In this document: piece by piece, positions 51,995-61,707 of the stretch | Position numbering within the stretch: position 1 is the stretch's first letter | Layout of the letters: each line of letters opens with the position of its first letter | Virus record (IMG/VR): IMGVR_UViG_2778260932_000003 | Location: 9,788 to 73,787 of that record | Direction: 5' to 3' (one strand) | DNA length: 64,000 nucleotides | DNA from: a virus | The notes under the pieces: generated by a model | Database searches by the model: none | What the model was told of the DNA's origin: nothing | Seen by the model: the letters and a program-made list of their open reading frames with translations, nothing else | Made by a program: the position numbers and the translations under genes

Positions 51995-52543
51995 ATGAAG
52001 CATGATTTTGAAATCCGTACAGCGTCACTATCTGCCAGCAATAAGACGCTGACAGGCTATGTCATTAAGTGGAACAGTCGATCACACGTGCTGTGGGATG
52101 AGTTTATCGAACAGTTCGCACCGAATGCGTTTAACGCCAGTTTAGCGGTGGGGACTGATATTAGGGCATTGTATGAGCACGACCCGATAAACCTGTTAGG
52201 CCGTACCACGTCTGGTACATTACAATTGAGTGAAGATGCTACCGGATTGCGCTTTGAGCTAACCCCGCCAGATACCCAATTAGGCCACGATGTACTCACG
52301 TTGGTTGAAAGAGGCGATATACAAGGCATGTCCTTTGGTTTTCGTGCCATTAAAGATCAGTGGGATACCCGTCAGACACCTTATATCAGAACCGTGTTAG
52401 AAGCAGAATTGCGGGAAATCACGATCACTAGCTTACCCGCCTATCCTGAAAGTGGGGTAGAAATTGCCAGGCGTTCACTGAATGCCGCTAAACCTTGTGA
52501 TACCGATTTGCGTCATTACTGGCTGCAACTGTCTGAGGTGTAA
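51995..52543 (+). CDS. Prohead protease (HK97/U35 family)
   Basis: ALYEHD...LGRT, GLRFEL, GMSFGF, EITITSLPAYPE. Confidence 0.95.
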   Translation: MKHDFEIRTASLSASNKTLTGYVIKWNSRSHVLWDEFIEQFAPNAFNASLAVGTDIRALYEHDPINLLGRTTSGTLQLSEDATGLRFELTPPDTQLGHDVLTLVERGDIQGMSFGFRAIKDQWDTRQTPYIRTVLEAELREITITSLPAYPESGVEIARRSLNAAKPCDTDLRHYWLQLSEV

Positions 52544-52545
52544 CT

Positions 52546-53763
52546 ATGTGGCCGTTTAAGCGTAAAGCCCCTGAAGCCCGCAGTATGACGCTGGATGAGT
52601 TTCTTTCTCTGGCAGGCATATCTAATACCAAATCAGGTGAACATGTTTCCCCCTCCACGGCAGAAGGCTTACCCGCCGTAATGAATGCCGTGACGGTGAT
52701 TAGTGAAGCGGTGGCCTCTATGCCTTGTTACCTGTATCGGGCTGCGCACCAGAACGGCAAAGAATCCCGCGAATGGTTGAGCGATCACCCCGTGGATTAC
52801 TTGCTGAATGAGTGCCCGAATGATTGTCAGACGCCGTATCAATTCAAGCGAACCCTGATGCGCCATTGCCTGCTGAATGGTAATGCGTATGCGGTGATTG
52901 TCTGGGGACGGGATGGTCAGCCACAATCCTTGCATCCTTACCCGCCGTCAGCAGTCGTACCACAACGATTATCCGATCATCGGTTCGCGTATACCATCAC
53001 CGAGCCTTATAGCGGTAAGGTCAAAACCTATCTACAAGAAGAAGTGTTACATCTGCGCTATGCCACCGAAGATGGTTTTCTTGGGCGCTCACCCGTCACC
53101 GTTTGCCGTGAAACTCTGGGCTTGGGACTGGCACAACAGCGCCACGGCGCAAGCATTATGAAAGACGGCATGATGGCGGCGGGCGTGATTAAAGCCGCTG
53201 ACTGGTTGGATGGAATCAAGGGAAGTAAGGCACTGGAAGCCCTCGAACGTTATAAAGGTGCGCGTAATGCCGGAAAAACGCCGATCCTTGAAGGTGGGAT
53301 GGAATACCAGCAGTTAGGCATGAGTAATCAGGATGCCGAGTGGCTGGCCTCCCGCCGCTTCACCATTGACGATATCGCCCGAATGTTCAATGTCAGCCCT
53401 ATTTTTCTGCAAGAGTATTCGAATAGTACCTACAGCAACTTTAGCGAGGCATCACGCGCCTTTCTGACTATCACTATGCGCCCGTGGCTTGCCAACTTTG
53501 AACAGCAAATCAAAGCCGCCTTGCTGATGACCTCACCGAAATGGGGAATTCGCTATCAGGTGGAGTTTGATACTGCCGACTTGCTGCGTGCCAATCCGAA
53601 AGAACGTTTCCAGAGCTATGAAACTGCCATTAAATCCGGTGTTATGTCACCGAATGAAGCCCGCGAGCGCGAGGGATTATCGCCCCGTGAGGGCGGTGAT
53701 GAATTCAGTCAGGCATGGAAACAAACAGTAGAAGTGAAAAAAACAGCGGAGAACAAGGCATGA
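52546..53763 (+). CDS. Portal protein (HK97 family)
   Basis: LLNGNAYAVI, EVLHLRY..DGFLGRSP, IARMFNVSP, MSPNEAREREGL. Confidence 0.95.
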   Translation: MWPFKRKAPEARSMTLDEFLSLAGISNTKSGEHVSPSTAEGLPAVMNAVTVISEAVASMPCYLYRAAHQNGKESREWLSDHPVDYLLNECPNDCQTPYQFKRTLMRHCLLNGNAYAVIVWGRDGQPQSLHPYPPSAVVPQRLSDHRFAYTITEPYSGKVKTYLQEEVLHLRYATEDGFLGRSPVTVCRETLGLGLAQQRHGASIMKDGMMAAGVIKAADWLDGIKGSKALEALERYKGARNAGKTPILEGGMEYQQLGMSNQDAEWLASRRFTIDDIARMFNVSPIFLQEYSNSTYSNFSEASRAFLTITMRPWLANFEQQIKAALLMTSPKWGIRYQVEFDTADLLRANPKERFQSYETAIKSGVMSPNEAREREGLSPREGGDEFSQAWKQTVEVKKTAENKA

Positions 53764-54098
53764 GAGCAGGCAGATTGAGACACCGGATCACCCTTCAGAA
53801 AAACGAATCAAGCCGCTCGCCGATGGGTTCGGTGATAAACAAATGGGTGGATGTTGCCGAAGTTTGGGCGGAAGTGCAGCCGATTAGCGGGCGGGAACTG
53901 GTCGCATCTGGTGCTGTGCTATCCGAAGCCACTGTGCGTATCTGGCTGCGCTTCCGTGATGATATCACCACAACAAACCGTATTGTTTATCAGGGAGCCA
54001 GCACTCACGGCAAGACCTTTGCTATTGTTGCCGTTATTCCTGACCCGAAACACACCCGCCTGGAACTGCTTTGCAAGGGAGGCGTGAAATATGCCTGA
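53760..54098 (+). CDS. Head closure / head-tail adaptor
   Basis: MRAGRLRHRITLQ...VWAEVQPISGRE; ATGA overlap with the portal. Confidence 0.9.
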   Translation: MRAGRLRHRITLQKNESSRSPMGSVINKWVDVAEVWAEVQPISGRELVASGAVLSEATVRIWLRFRDDITTTNRIVYQGASTHGKTFAIVAVIPDPKHTRLELLCKGGVKYA

Positions 54099-54387
54099 TA
54101 TTCCCCTGAGTGAAATCAGGCAACACTGCCGGATTGATGAAAGCGATACCCTTGATGATACGTTACTAATGGCTTATGCCGATGCGTCGTTAGAAGTGTG
54201 TCAGCAACATATCGGCAAGCGGTTTGATAATGGTCTGGTCTTTACGCCAGCAATCAAAGTGGGCTGCCTGCTTTATATCGGCTTGCTGTATGAAAATCGG
54301 GAAATGGCAACGGACATTGAGCTTAAAGAAGTCCCGTTCACCATTAAATCACTGTGGTTTGTCTATCGTGATGTGGGTGTTTACTGA
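54091..54387 (+). CDS. Head-tail connector (gp6-like)
   Basis: IRQHCRID...DDTLL.AY...IKVGCLLYIGLLYENRE. Confidence 0.9.
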   Translation: MPDIPLSEIRQHCRIDESDTLDDTLLMAYADASLEVCQQHIGKRFDNGLVFTPAIKVGCLLYIGLLYENREMATDIELKEVPFTIKSLWFVYRDVGVY

Positions 54388-54821
54388 TGCCGTGGCAACC
54401 GTTGAAACGCTGTAGCTATCCACACTGCCGCGAGCGGGTGAAATCAGGTCGCTGTGAGCAGCACCAACGGGAAGCCAGACGCCAGCAGGACAAGCGACGA
54501 GGCACCCGAACCCAGAGAGGCTACAGTAACCGATGGGGACGCTATCGGCTGCACTACTTGAAAGCGAATCCGTTATGCGTTCATTGCTTACCGCAGGGTA
54601 TCTATACGCCTGCCATCATTGTGGATCACATTATCCCGATACAGGGTGATACTGATGTGCTGTTCTGGCCTGCATCGAACCATCAGGCGTTATGCCAGAC
54701 CTGCCATAACCGTAAGACCGTGCAGACAGACCCCATCACCAAAGCGAAGCGCAAGCAGGGGATCTATCGGCAGCAGGAAACCGAAGCGGAAAGGTATCGT
54801 GACTGGTTAACAAAAGAGTAA
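54387..54821 (+). CDS. HNH endonuclease (terminase-associated)
   Basis: RGY..RW..YR..YLKANPLCVHC...VDHIIP..G....FW..SNHQALCQTCHNRKT. Confidence 0.95.
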   Translation: MPWQPLKRCSYPHCRERVKSGRCEQHQREARRQQDKRRGTRTQRGYSNRWGRYRLHYLKANPLCVHCLPQGIYTPAIIVDHIIPIQGDTDVLFWPASNHQALCQTCHNRKTVQTDPITKAKRKQGIYRQQETEAERYRDWLTKE

Positions 54822-54829
54822 TCACTCAA

Positions 54830-54915
54830 TGAAATAACGGGGTGGGGGTATCAAAAATGACAAATGTCCCACCCAGCGGAACCGCCCCCTCCTTCAATTT
54901 TTACGCACGGCAGTT
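54830..54915. other. Putative cos packaging region
   Basis: Non-coding GGGGGTATCAAAA...GGAACCGCCCCCTCCTTCAATTTTTACGCACGG between HNH and terS, where HK97-type cos sites usually lie. Confidence 0.4.
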
Positions 54916-54951
54916 TTTTTGAAAATAAAATCACAAGGAACAGAGAACATT

Positions 54952-55305
54952 ATGGCAAGAGCACCCAAACCGCCTACGTATTTAAATGATATTGCCGCCA
55001 GTCAGTGGAAGGCAAAAGGTAAATTATTAAGTGAGCGGGAAGATCTGAACGCCGCTGACTGGAACAACTTAGAACTGTACTGTGTCAACTATGCCATTTA
55101 CCGAAAAGCCGTGGCAGACCTTGATATGCGGGGCTTTAGCATTGTTAACAGTCAGGGCAGCGAGAGCCGCAATCCATCATTGAGCGCTAAAGCTGACGCC
55201 GAAAAAATCATGATAAAAATGTCGTCATTGCTGGGTTTTGATCCGGTATCACGACGCAAAAATCCGGTGGAAACCGAGGAAGAAGACGAGCTGGATCGCT
55301 TATGA
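54952..55305 (+). CDS. terS: Terminase small subunit (P27 family)
   Basis: APKPPTYLNDIA..QW...LELYCVNY...NP...LGFDPVSR. Confidence 0.9.
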   Translation: MARAPKPPTYLNDIAASQWKAKGKLLSEREDLNAADWNNLELYCVNYAIYRKAVADLDMRGFSIVNSQGSESRNPSLSAKADAEKIMIKMSSLLGFDPVSRRKNPVETEEEDELDRL

Positions 55306-56963
55306 ACGCATGGGAACAGTACGCTTTTGATATCGAAAACGGTAAAATTCCGGCCTGTAAACGCGTAAAACAGGCCGTGAAACGCTACTATAACGACCTG
55401 AATAACCCACTTTATGTATTTGATTCGACAGTGGTCGAGCGTTTTATTGCCTTTTCCCGTGTCTGTCCGCATGTCAAAGGCCATTTGCGTGGTAAACCCA
55501 TCATACTTGAGCCGTGGCAACAGTTCGCCTTTGCTAACCTGTTTGGCTTTAAGGTGAAAGCGACCGGACGCCGAAAATACCGCAGTGCTTATATCCAAGT
55601 ACCGCGCAAAAATGCCAAATCAACGGTGGCCGCCATACTGGCGAACTGGTTCTTGGTGATGGAACAAGGCCAGCAGGATATCTACACCGCTGCCGTGAGC
55701 CGGGATCAGGCACGTATTGTCTTTGATGATGCCCGCCAGATGGGCCTGTTATCCAAACCCCTGAAAAAACGGGTCGCTATCCAGCAACACAAAGTTACTT
55801 ATCCAAAAACTAACAGCCTGTTAAAGCCACTGGCAGCCAAAGCCGCCACGATTGAGGGTACAAATCCTAGTCTGGCAATTGTCGATGAGTACCATTTACA
55901 CCCTGATAACGCCGTATACTCTGCGCTTGAATTGGGCATGGGTGCCCGTCCCGAAGGACTCCTGTTCGCCATCACTACAGCGGGCAGTAGCGTGATATCA
56001 GCCTGTAAACAGCACTATGATTATTGCTGTCAGATACTGGATGGCGAAGAACAGAACGAATCCCTGTTTGCCCTGATTTACGAACTGGACGATGAGAGTG
56101 AGATTGATGATGAAGCACTTTGGATCAAGGCCAATCCCAATCTGGATGTCTCGGTAGACAGTGCCGCCCTGCATGACACTATCCAGAAAGCGCGCGGCAT
56201 TCCCTCACAATGGACAGAAATGCTAACCAAACGCTTTAATATCTGGTGCCAGGGCGAAACCCCGTGGATGGGCGAAGGCGCGTGGAAAGCCTGCCAAACT
56301 GATTATGATGAAAATGACCTTAAGGGACTGGAGTGCTACGCCGGACTGGATTTATCGTCAACAGGTGATATTACCAGTATTTGTTACACGTTCCCCGTGG
56401 ATAACGAACTGTTATTACTGACCCGTCATTACCTGCCCGAAGCCCAGTTACAGAACCCTGCCAATAAAAATCGGGCGGTTTATCGGCAGTGGGTGCAAGC
56501 AGGTTGGATACGTACCACCGTAGGCGATTGCATTGATTATGACCGTATCCGTGATGATATTCTCAAAGACAGCCAGAACTTTGATATCAAGCTGGTCGGC
56601 TTTGATATATGGAACGCCACTCATCTACGAACACAATTGCAGGGAGCAGGGCTGGATGTTGAACCCTTCCCACAAACCTATATGCGCTTTAGTCCGGTGG
56701 CTAAATCAGCAGAGGTATTTGTTAATCGCAAAGTTATTCGTCACAACTGCGATCCAGTGCTCGCATGGGCAATGTCCAATGTGGTGATGGAAACCGACGC
56801 AAACGCCAATATCAAACCGAACAAGAAGAAATCCGCGAATAAGATAGACCCTGCAATCGCGTTCCTGATGAGCTTTGGCACGTGGCAGATTGAGCATGAA
56901 GAGTTTGCGTTTACCTTAAGTGAAGAACAGCAGCAGCGCCTTAAAATGTTTAATGGGATATAG
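55302..56963 (+). CDS. terL: Terminase large subunit
   Basis: LEPWQQF, VPRKNAKST, AIVDEYH, ITTAG, GLDLSSTGD, KIDPAIA. Confidence 0.95.
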   Translation: MNAWEQYAFDIENGKIPACKRVKQAVKRYYNDLNNPLYVFDSTVVERFIAFSRVCPHVKGHLRGKPIILEPWQQFAFANLFGFKVKATGRRKYRSAYIQVPRKNAKSTVAAILANWFLVMEQGQQDIYTAAVSRDQARIVFDDARQMGLLSKPLKKRVAIQQHKVTYPKTNSLLKPLAAKAATIEGTNPSLAIVDEYHLHPDNAVYSALELGMGARPEGLLFAITTAGSSVISACKQHYDYCCQILDGEEQNESLFALIYELDDESEIDDEALWIKANPNLDVSVDSAALHDTIQKARGIPSQWTEMLTKRFNIWCQGETPWMGEGAWKACQTDYDENDLKGLECYAGLDLSSTGDITSICYTFPVDNELLLLTRHYLPEAQLQNPANKNRAVYRQWVQAGWIRTTVGDCIDYDRIRDDILKDSQNFDIKLVGFDIWNATHLRTQLQGAGLDVEPFPQTYMRFSPVAKSAEVFVNRKVIRHNCDPVLAWAMSNVVMETDANANIKPNKKKSANKIDPAIAFLMSFGTWQIEHEEFAFTLSEEQQQRLKMFNGI

Positions 56964-57080
56964 CGAAAAAAGTTAAGCGTTTATACTGATTCGCTTATTG
57001 AGTCAGATAAACCAATCGGTTAAAGTAGCCCAGCCATTGCTAAATACCAATGGTCAAGGTTTTGCAGCCTTGTGCGCTTA

Positions 57081-57108
57081 TACACTGGTAAGAAGCTTTA
57101 CCAGTGTA
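57081..57108. repeat. Perfect 11-bp hairpin TACACTGGTAA-GAAGCT-TTACCAGTGTA
   Basis: Seen directly upstream of the c4-like structure. Confidence 0.7.
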
Positions 57109-57127
57109 CCTGTTATCGCCTTTTCTA

Positions 57128-57199
57128 TGGCGGTTCAGGCAGGGGAGGCTATGCCTCGCTGGAGTAAGCGCCAGTCTGCAAACCCTGTCTGAATCGCCA
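57128..57199 (+). ncRNA. C4/CI-like structured antisense RNA (ash-type region)
   Basis: Outer stem TGGCGGTTCAGGCAGGG/CCCTGTCTGAATCGCCA (G-U wobbles) enclosing two hairpins, GAGGC-TAT-GCCTC and CTGG..CCAG; P1 C4 / P4 CI-like architecture. Confidence 0.55.
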
Positions 57200-57227
57200 C
57201 CATCAATTAATGGAAGGGGTAGCAGGA

Positions 57228-57491
57228 ATGAATAATGTTAGAAATGATTGGCATCAAGCCGATATTATTGCTGCATTACGTAAACGTGGTACGACCTTAG
57301 CGGCTGTTTCTCGTGAAGCAGGACTCAGTTCATCTACACTGGCAAATACTCTTAGTCGGCCTTGGCCTAAAGGTGAATGGATTATTGCTAACTATCTCGA
57401 AATACATCCCTCTGAAATTTGGCCTAGTCGATATTTTGATCAGAGTGGCCAGCTTATTGAACGGACAGTTCGTAAAGTTGCGATTGGATAG
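57228..57491 (+). CDS. Ner/Nlp-family HTH transcriptional regulator
   Basis: DWHQADIIAALRKRGTTLAAVSREAGLSSSTLANTLSRPWPKGEWIIA..L..HPSEIWPSRY. Confidence 0.9.
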   Translation: MNNVRNDWHQADIIAALRKRGTTLAAVSREAGLSSSTLANTLSRPWPKGEWIIANYLEIHPSEIWPSRYFDQSGQLIERTVRKVAIG

Positions 57492-57932
57492 CTTGGCATC
57501 AATGAAATAAGCCATGAGATAAAATGATATTCGTAGTCATTAAACTGATACTCATGGCTATATTTTACGCTTATACTTTATTTCTCACATTATAATTCTT
57601 CGGACTCATGCTTTAAAGTTGCTATTTCATGTTATTTTTTTGAAGAGCTATATCTAAATAAATTTAGAGCAAGGAATATTAATATTTGTCTATTTATTTT
57701 TCTACAAATTAGAATCTTGCTCCGTAAATAAACATGCTTTTATATATTTTAATTCTTTGCTGAAGTATTACAGAATGGATGCATTAAAGCTCCATTGCTG
57801 CTCTCTCCCTTTCCACCATCACGTTTTCTAATTATATGATCAAATGAAATGGAGTTTTGATGAATAAATCCCCTGCATAATGCACAAGTAGGTGCTTTTG
57901 GTAGGCTTTCTTCAATGAAAATTTGTGATTTA

Positions 57933-59013
57933 AGTACTCAAGAAAAGTTAATTGCAAATTGGTCGCCATAACCTTTCAATAAAGTATTTAATTCATGCTC
58001 CATTGTATTCTGAGTCCAAGTGATAAAACGTCGCCAATGGTATTTGGCCTGTTTCCAGACGATCTCAATCAAATTCAGCTCTGGGCTGTAAGCGGGAAGA
58101 TAGAATAAAAACATGTTGTGTTCTCGTAACCAGCCATTTCTGATTTGTTCTTCGATCCCGTGATGGATACGCGCATTATCCAACACTAAAAATGTCAGGC
58201 GGTTGTCCCCTTGTTTGGCGACCTGCTCTAAAAAATCAATCACGTCATCGCGCGTGATACTGCCTGACGTTGTCTGGTAAAACAGCGTGTTATCCGTGTA
58301 ATTTAACGCCCCCAGAACTGACCGTCTGTCATGCTCTCGAGGCTCAGTTTTATGGGGCTTACCCCGTGGACTCCATCCATATTGCACCGGAGGAGACGCG
58401 GCAAAACCCGCCTCATCGAAATAGAGCAGACGGTAATGGCCTAACTGTGCTCCAGCCTTAATTTTATTCAGCAAGGCGGATTTTTTAGCAAACTCCGTTT
58501 CGTTACGCTTTTTTTAAGCGACAGTCGGGTTCGTTTATAGGTGAGCCCCTGCTTTTTCAGGGTATTTGCCAGCGTTTCAAGCGTACAAGGCAGGGCACCA
58601 TGCTTTGCCTCAACGCACTGAGCTATCCGGGCGAGTGTCAGGGACTCTGCGCTGGCCGCTTCGACCGCAGTGGCAATCATGTCAGGCGTCATGGCGAGAT
58701 ACCGGCCTCCGGCATGACCACCTAATAATCCCGCTATCCCTGAATTGTGCCACATGTGAACCCAATTATAGATAACCCGGAGACTGCATCCGATTTCAGC
58801 GGTGATCTGGGACGGCTTGATCCCTCTGGCAAGCATGAGCAAACCCGTTCCTCGCGTACGAATGTCCCGATGTGGATGATTCAAAGCAAGTTGTTGCAAT
58901 GTGATTCGTTCAGGCTCAGAAAGTATTATCTTCGATTTCATAAGAACAGGCAGAGAATCAGGTTATCGTGTTATCGATTGTAACAGTAATGCAGATAATT
59001 TATCTGATTAACT
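57933..59013 (-). mobile_element. IS630-family insertion sequence
   Basis: TA target duplication (57931-32, 59014-15), imperfect terminal IRs, two overlapping transposase ORFs. Confidence 0.9.
57938..58941 (-). CDS. IS630 transposase, ORF A (HTH) + ORF B (DDE) joined by -1 frameshift at A7 (58509-58515)
   Basis: YFDEAGF, LVLDNARIH, LPAYSPELNLIE.VW. Confidence 0.9.
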
Positions 59014-60671
59014 TAACATCATTTGAGAACTTTATTGCAGTTATATTCGATTTATCTGATTTTACTAAAAAAGAATATTCTGATAAAATTAATTCAACAA
59101 TTTCTTTTTCTGATTCTTTTTTCTTAAGTGCATTTATAATTAATGATTTTATTTTTAAAATGTGTTGGTGGCTTTTCATTCCGCTTCCATATTTTGCATT
59201 TGTATTAGAAATAAAATATTTATATCTAATTAAAAAATCTTCAAAAGAATTGCGAATAGATAAAAATGCTTCTAAACTTTTAGTAGATGACTCTACTTTT
59301 GATAAAAGATCAACCCAAGCTAATATTGCCGAGTATATGTGATTTCCTCTAGAGTTATAAAAGTAAACTAAAGGATGTAATCCTAACGATGACGCATGAT
59401 TAGAATTTATCCGGCGAAGAAATTTTAAGACTTTCTTTAAGTAATTAATTGTTGTGCTACCATCTGGGTCATCACTAATTTTTTTAGTGTTATTAGGAAT
59501 GTTATTGCATTTTTTTACTAAATCAAATATAAAACTATTTGTTTGTGGTGAGTTATGTTTTTTAACTAATGGGAGATTTAAATTTCTGACAGGTCCTGTA
59601 ACTTTTGGTAAAAATATCAGGCTATGAATTTCTTTGGCTATTTTTTCAATTTCATTCATTATACTAATATTAAATTTAGACCAATATTGATGTCCTGTGC
59701 CTGCGCGTATAATTGCTCTGGATGCTATAGCAAATGCTTTTCTACGCGACATTAATAATTCTATTTCGGTGTCATTAATTTTAGAGGCCTTTTGGTTTAT
59801 CTTAAAAAAAGATTGTTCAGCTTTTTCAGCACCACCAGTAACCCATTGTAGTTGTATGGATGTGCGACCTAAACTTAATGCTTTTCCTAACATACTAGAT
59901 TCTCTGTTATTATCTCGAATAACTCTCTTGTAATCGTTATAAGATCCGACTGTATTTTTTATTTTTTCTCGAGTTTTGTTTGCTATATCTCTTTGTTCAT
60001 CATCAATTTCATTATTAAAAAATTTTTGAGATATGCTTCCATCGCCATAATCATCATTTATCCAGGCAATCAATGCTCCGAGCCTATGTGCACCATCAAT
60101 AACAAAGTTGTAGTGACCAGAGTTCCATAGAATCACTGCTGGAATTAAGTCACCATCTATAAAGCTTTGTATAAATTCACATAATTGGTCATCACTCCAA
60201 TCTGAGGTTTCACGCTGAAAATCAGGTTTTCTTAGTCCTGCATAGAAAAAATCATCTATTTCTAAATCTTTCACACTTATATTTTGATTGAATGATGATG
60301 CTCTTGTGTTACCTTCAATTACTTCAAAATCCTCACGAGGAATTAATGCATCTAAATTTATATTTGGCATTTCGTTCACCATTGACTGTTAAATTTTGTT
60401 GTCAAAAATAGAATGGGGTTGTATTTGTAATGGATATTTTCCCATGCGTACCCTTAAAACTGAGAACTATAGCATAAATACGCATAAATACAGTAAAATA
60501 CGCATGTTTGAGGTTAAAAAATGTGATGGTACTTACTATATAGTTATGTTTCATAATAATTTTAAAAAATAAATTCAATTAATTTACTGTAAATAAAATT
60601 AACTATAATAAATGTAATTATTTATAATGTTTTTATTTTTGTTATTTTTATTTTCCAGGAAAAATGTATAT

Positions 60672-60760
60672 GGGGGCATTTTAGGGGGCATGTAATATCA
60701 TTGAACAAAATAAAGTTATTTTAAAACAATAAATTAATTTATATTGTTGAATCCTGTAGG
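60672..60760 (+). other. attR of the satellite: arm sites plus degenerate core
   Basis: GGGGGCAT at 60672 and 60684; GTT-GAATCCTGTAGG versus tRNA GTTCGAATCCTGTAGG. Confidence 0.8.
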
Positions 60761-60761
60761 A

Positions 60762-60965
60762 GCCTATATGAAAGGCAATAACCTGAATAAACCGGTTTCC
60801 GTGACCCGATTCGGTATGGATATGCCCGGCGCGTTGGCTGAGTACAACCAGCATTACCTGCGCAAGAAAAGCAAACAGGGCATTCGCAGCAATCTGGATC
60901 TGAATATCGACACTGCCATCGAATGGCTGCCGAAACTGACAAGGGATAACCTGCCAGAAGAATAA
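60762..60965 (+). pseudogene. C-terminal wHTH stub of a second P4 alpha-like primase
   Basis: AYMKGNNLNKPVSVTRFGMDMPGALAEY...KKSKQGIRSNL.L.....EWLPK parallels the end of P4-type primases and of 45752..48184. Confidence 0.75.
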
Positions 60966-61004
60966 CTTTTTTCACATAGATAAAGATTTCCTAAAAATAT
61001 AAAA

Positions 61005-61230
61005 AAGTGTTCACCACTATTCACTCTATAATTTAAATTAGATATATCAAGGTATTAAAGGGTGAATAGTTATTTTAAAACTGTTCACAAGTCTTCACCC
61101 CTGTTCACCTTTTTCTGATTTAGAGGTGAAGGGTTGAGTGAAGAGTGGTGATGAGTTTAATTTCAAGTCATCACCCTTTAACAATATGAATTTAAATAAA
61201 AATATTTATAGGTGAACAGGGTGAACAGTT
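61005..61230. promoter_or_regulatory. P4-type origin with TGTTCACC/GGTGAACA iterons
   Basis: Exact octamers at 61008, 61102, 61211 and 61220, plus variants (ggtgaata, tgttcaca, tcttcacc, ggtgaagg). Confidence 0.75.
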
Positions 61231-61297
61231 TTATTACTAATTCCTTAATAGGGAGGGGTTAAATAAAAAGGGTTTTTCTGGCAGGTGATCTTTCAGC

Positions 61298-61341
61298 TCT
61301 CAGAGTTACCGGGTTAATGTATTAGCCCGGTAACTCTGAGA
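61298..61341. repeat. 44-bp near-perfect palindrome
   Basis: TCTCAGAGTTACCGGGTTAAT-GT-ATTAGCCCGGTAACTCTGAGA; 20/21 arm match. Confidence 0.9.
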
Positions 61342-61707
61342 AGACAAGCGCAGCGCGTTAGTATTATAAACCAAAATGATTATTGTCTTGTTAAGTGAGA
61401 AAATTTTTCTGGTTGGCAATTTGTTTGCCTTAATATTTTAAAGATCTTTTTCTTCTACTATCGGGAATATGTCTTCATATTTTGGGTAAACAATTAAATT
61501 GCATTTTTCAGCGATAGAAATCTAATCTGATAGATATCAATAGATTGGGTATATAATCTTTAAGGAATGCTTAAATTATTTCCCTGAACTTGAATGAAAA
61601 ATTAAAATTACTAGTTGGAATGTTACAGGTTAATGTATCTTAATGTAGTTATAGGAAGTGCGAGTCATACAAACCCATACTCTAAGATTGTATGACTCTT
61701 TTATTTT

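Larger units (their letters stand above)
57749..60382 (-). pseudogene. DUF262 (GmrS/ParB-like) + C-terminal HNH nuclease gene interrupted by IS630
   Basis: PDFQRE..W and VIDGAHRL in 59000-60382. Removing the IS rejoins DVK|SQIFIEESLPKAPTCALCRGFIHQNSISFDHIIRKRDGGKGESSNGALMHPFCNTSAKN* (57749-57932). Confidence 0.8.
41776..60760 (+). mobile_element. Capsid-forming PICI-like phage satellite (~19 kb)
   Basis: Direct repeat GAATCCTGTAGG at 41776 and 60749, paired GGGGGCAT arm sites at both ends. Order int-alpA-pri/rep-ori-cargo-capsid-protease-portal-adaptor-connector-HNH-terS-terL; no tail or lysis genes. Confidence 0.85.

Noticed and set aside
56998-57192. 64-aa ORF as an Ash-family protein
   Set aside because: Its Ash-like residues coincide with the structured RNA stem, so the RNA explains the signal; protein expression is unsupported.
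58468-58520. IS630 frameshift as another sequencing error or novelty
   Set aside because: It needs a -1 shift on A7G, the normal programmed frameshift of split IS630 transposases.
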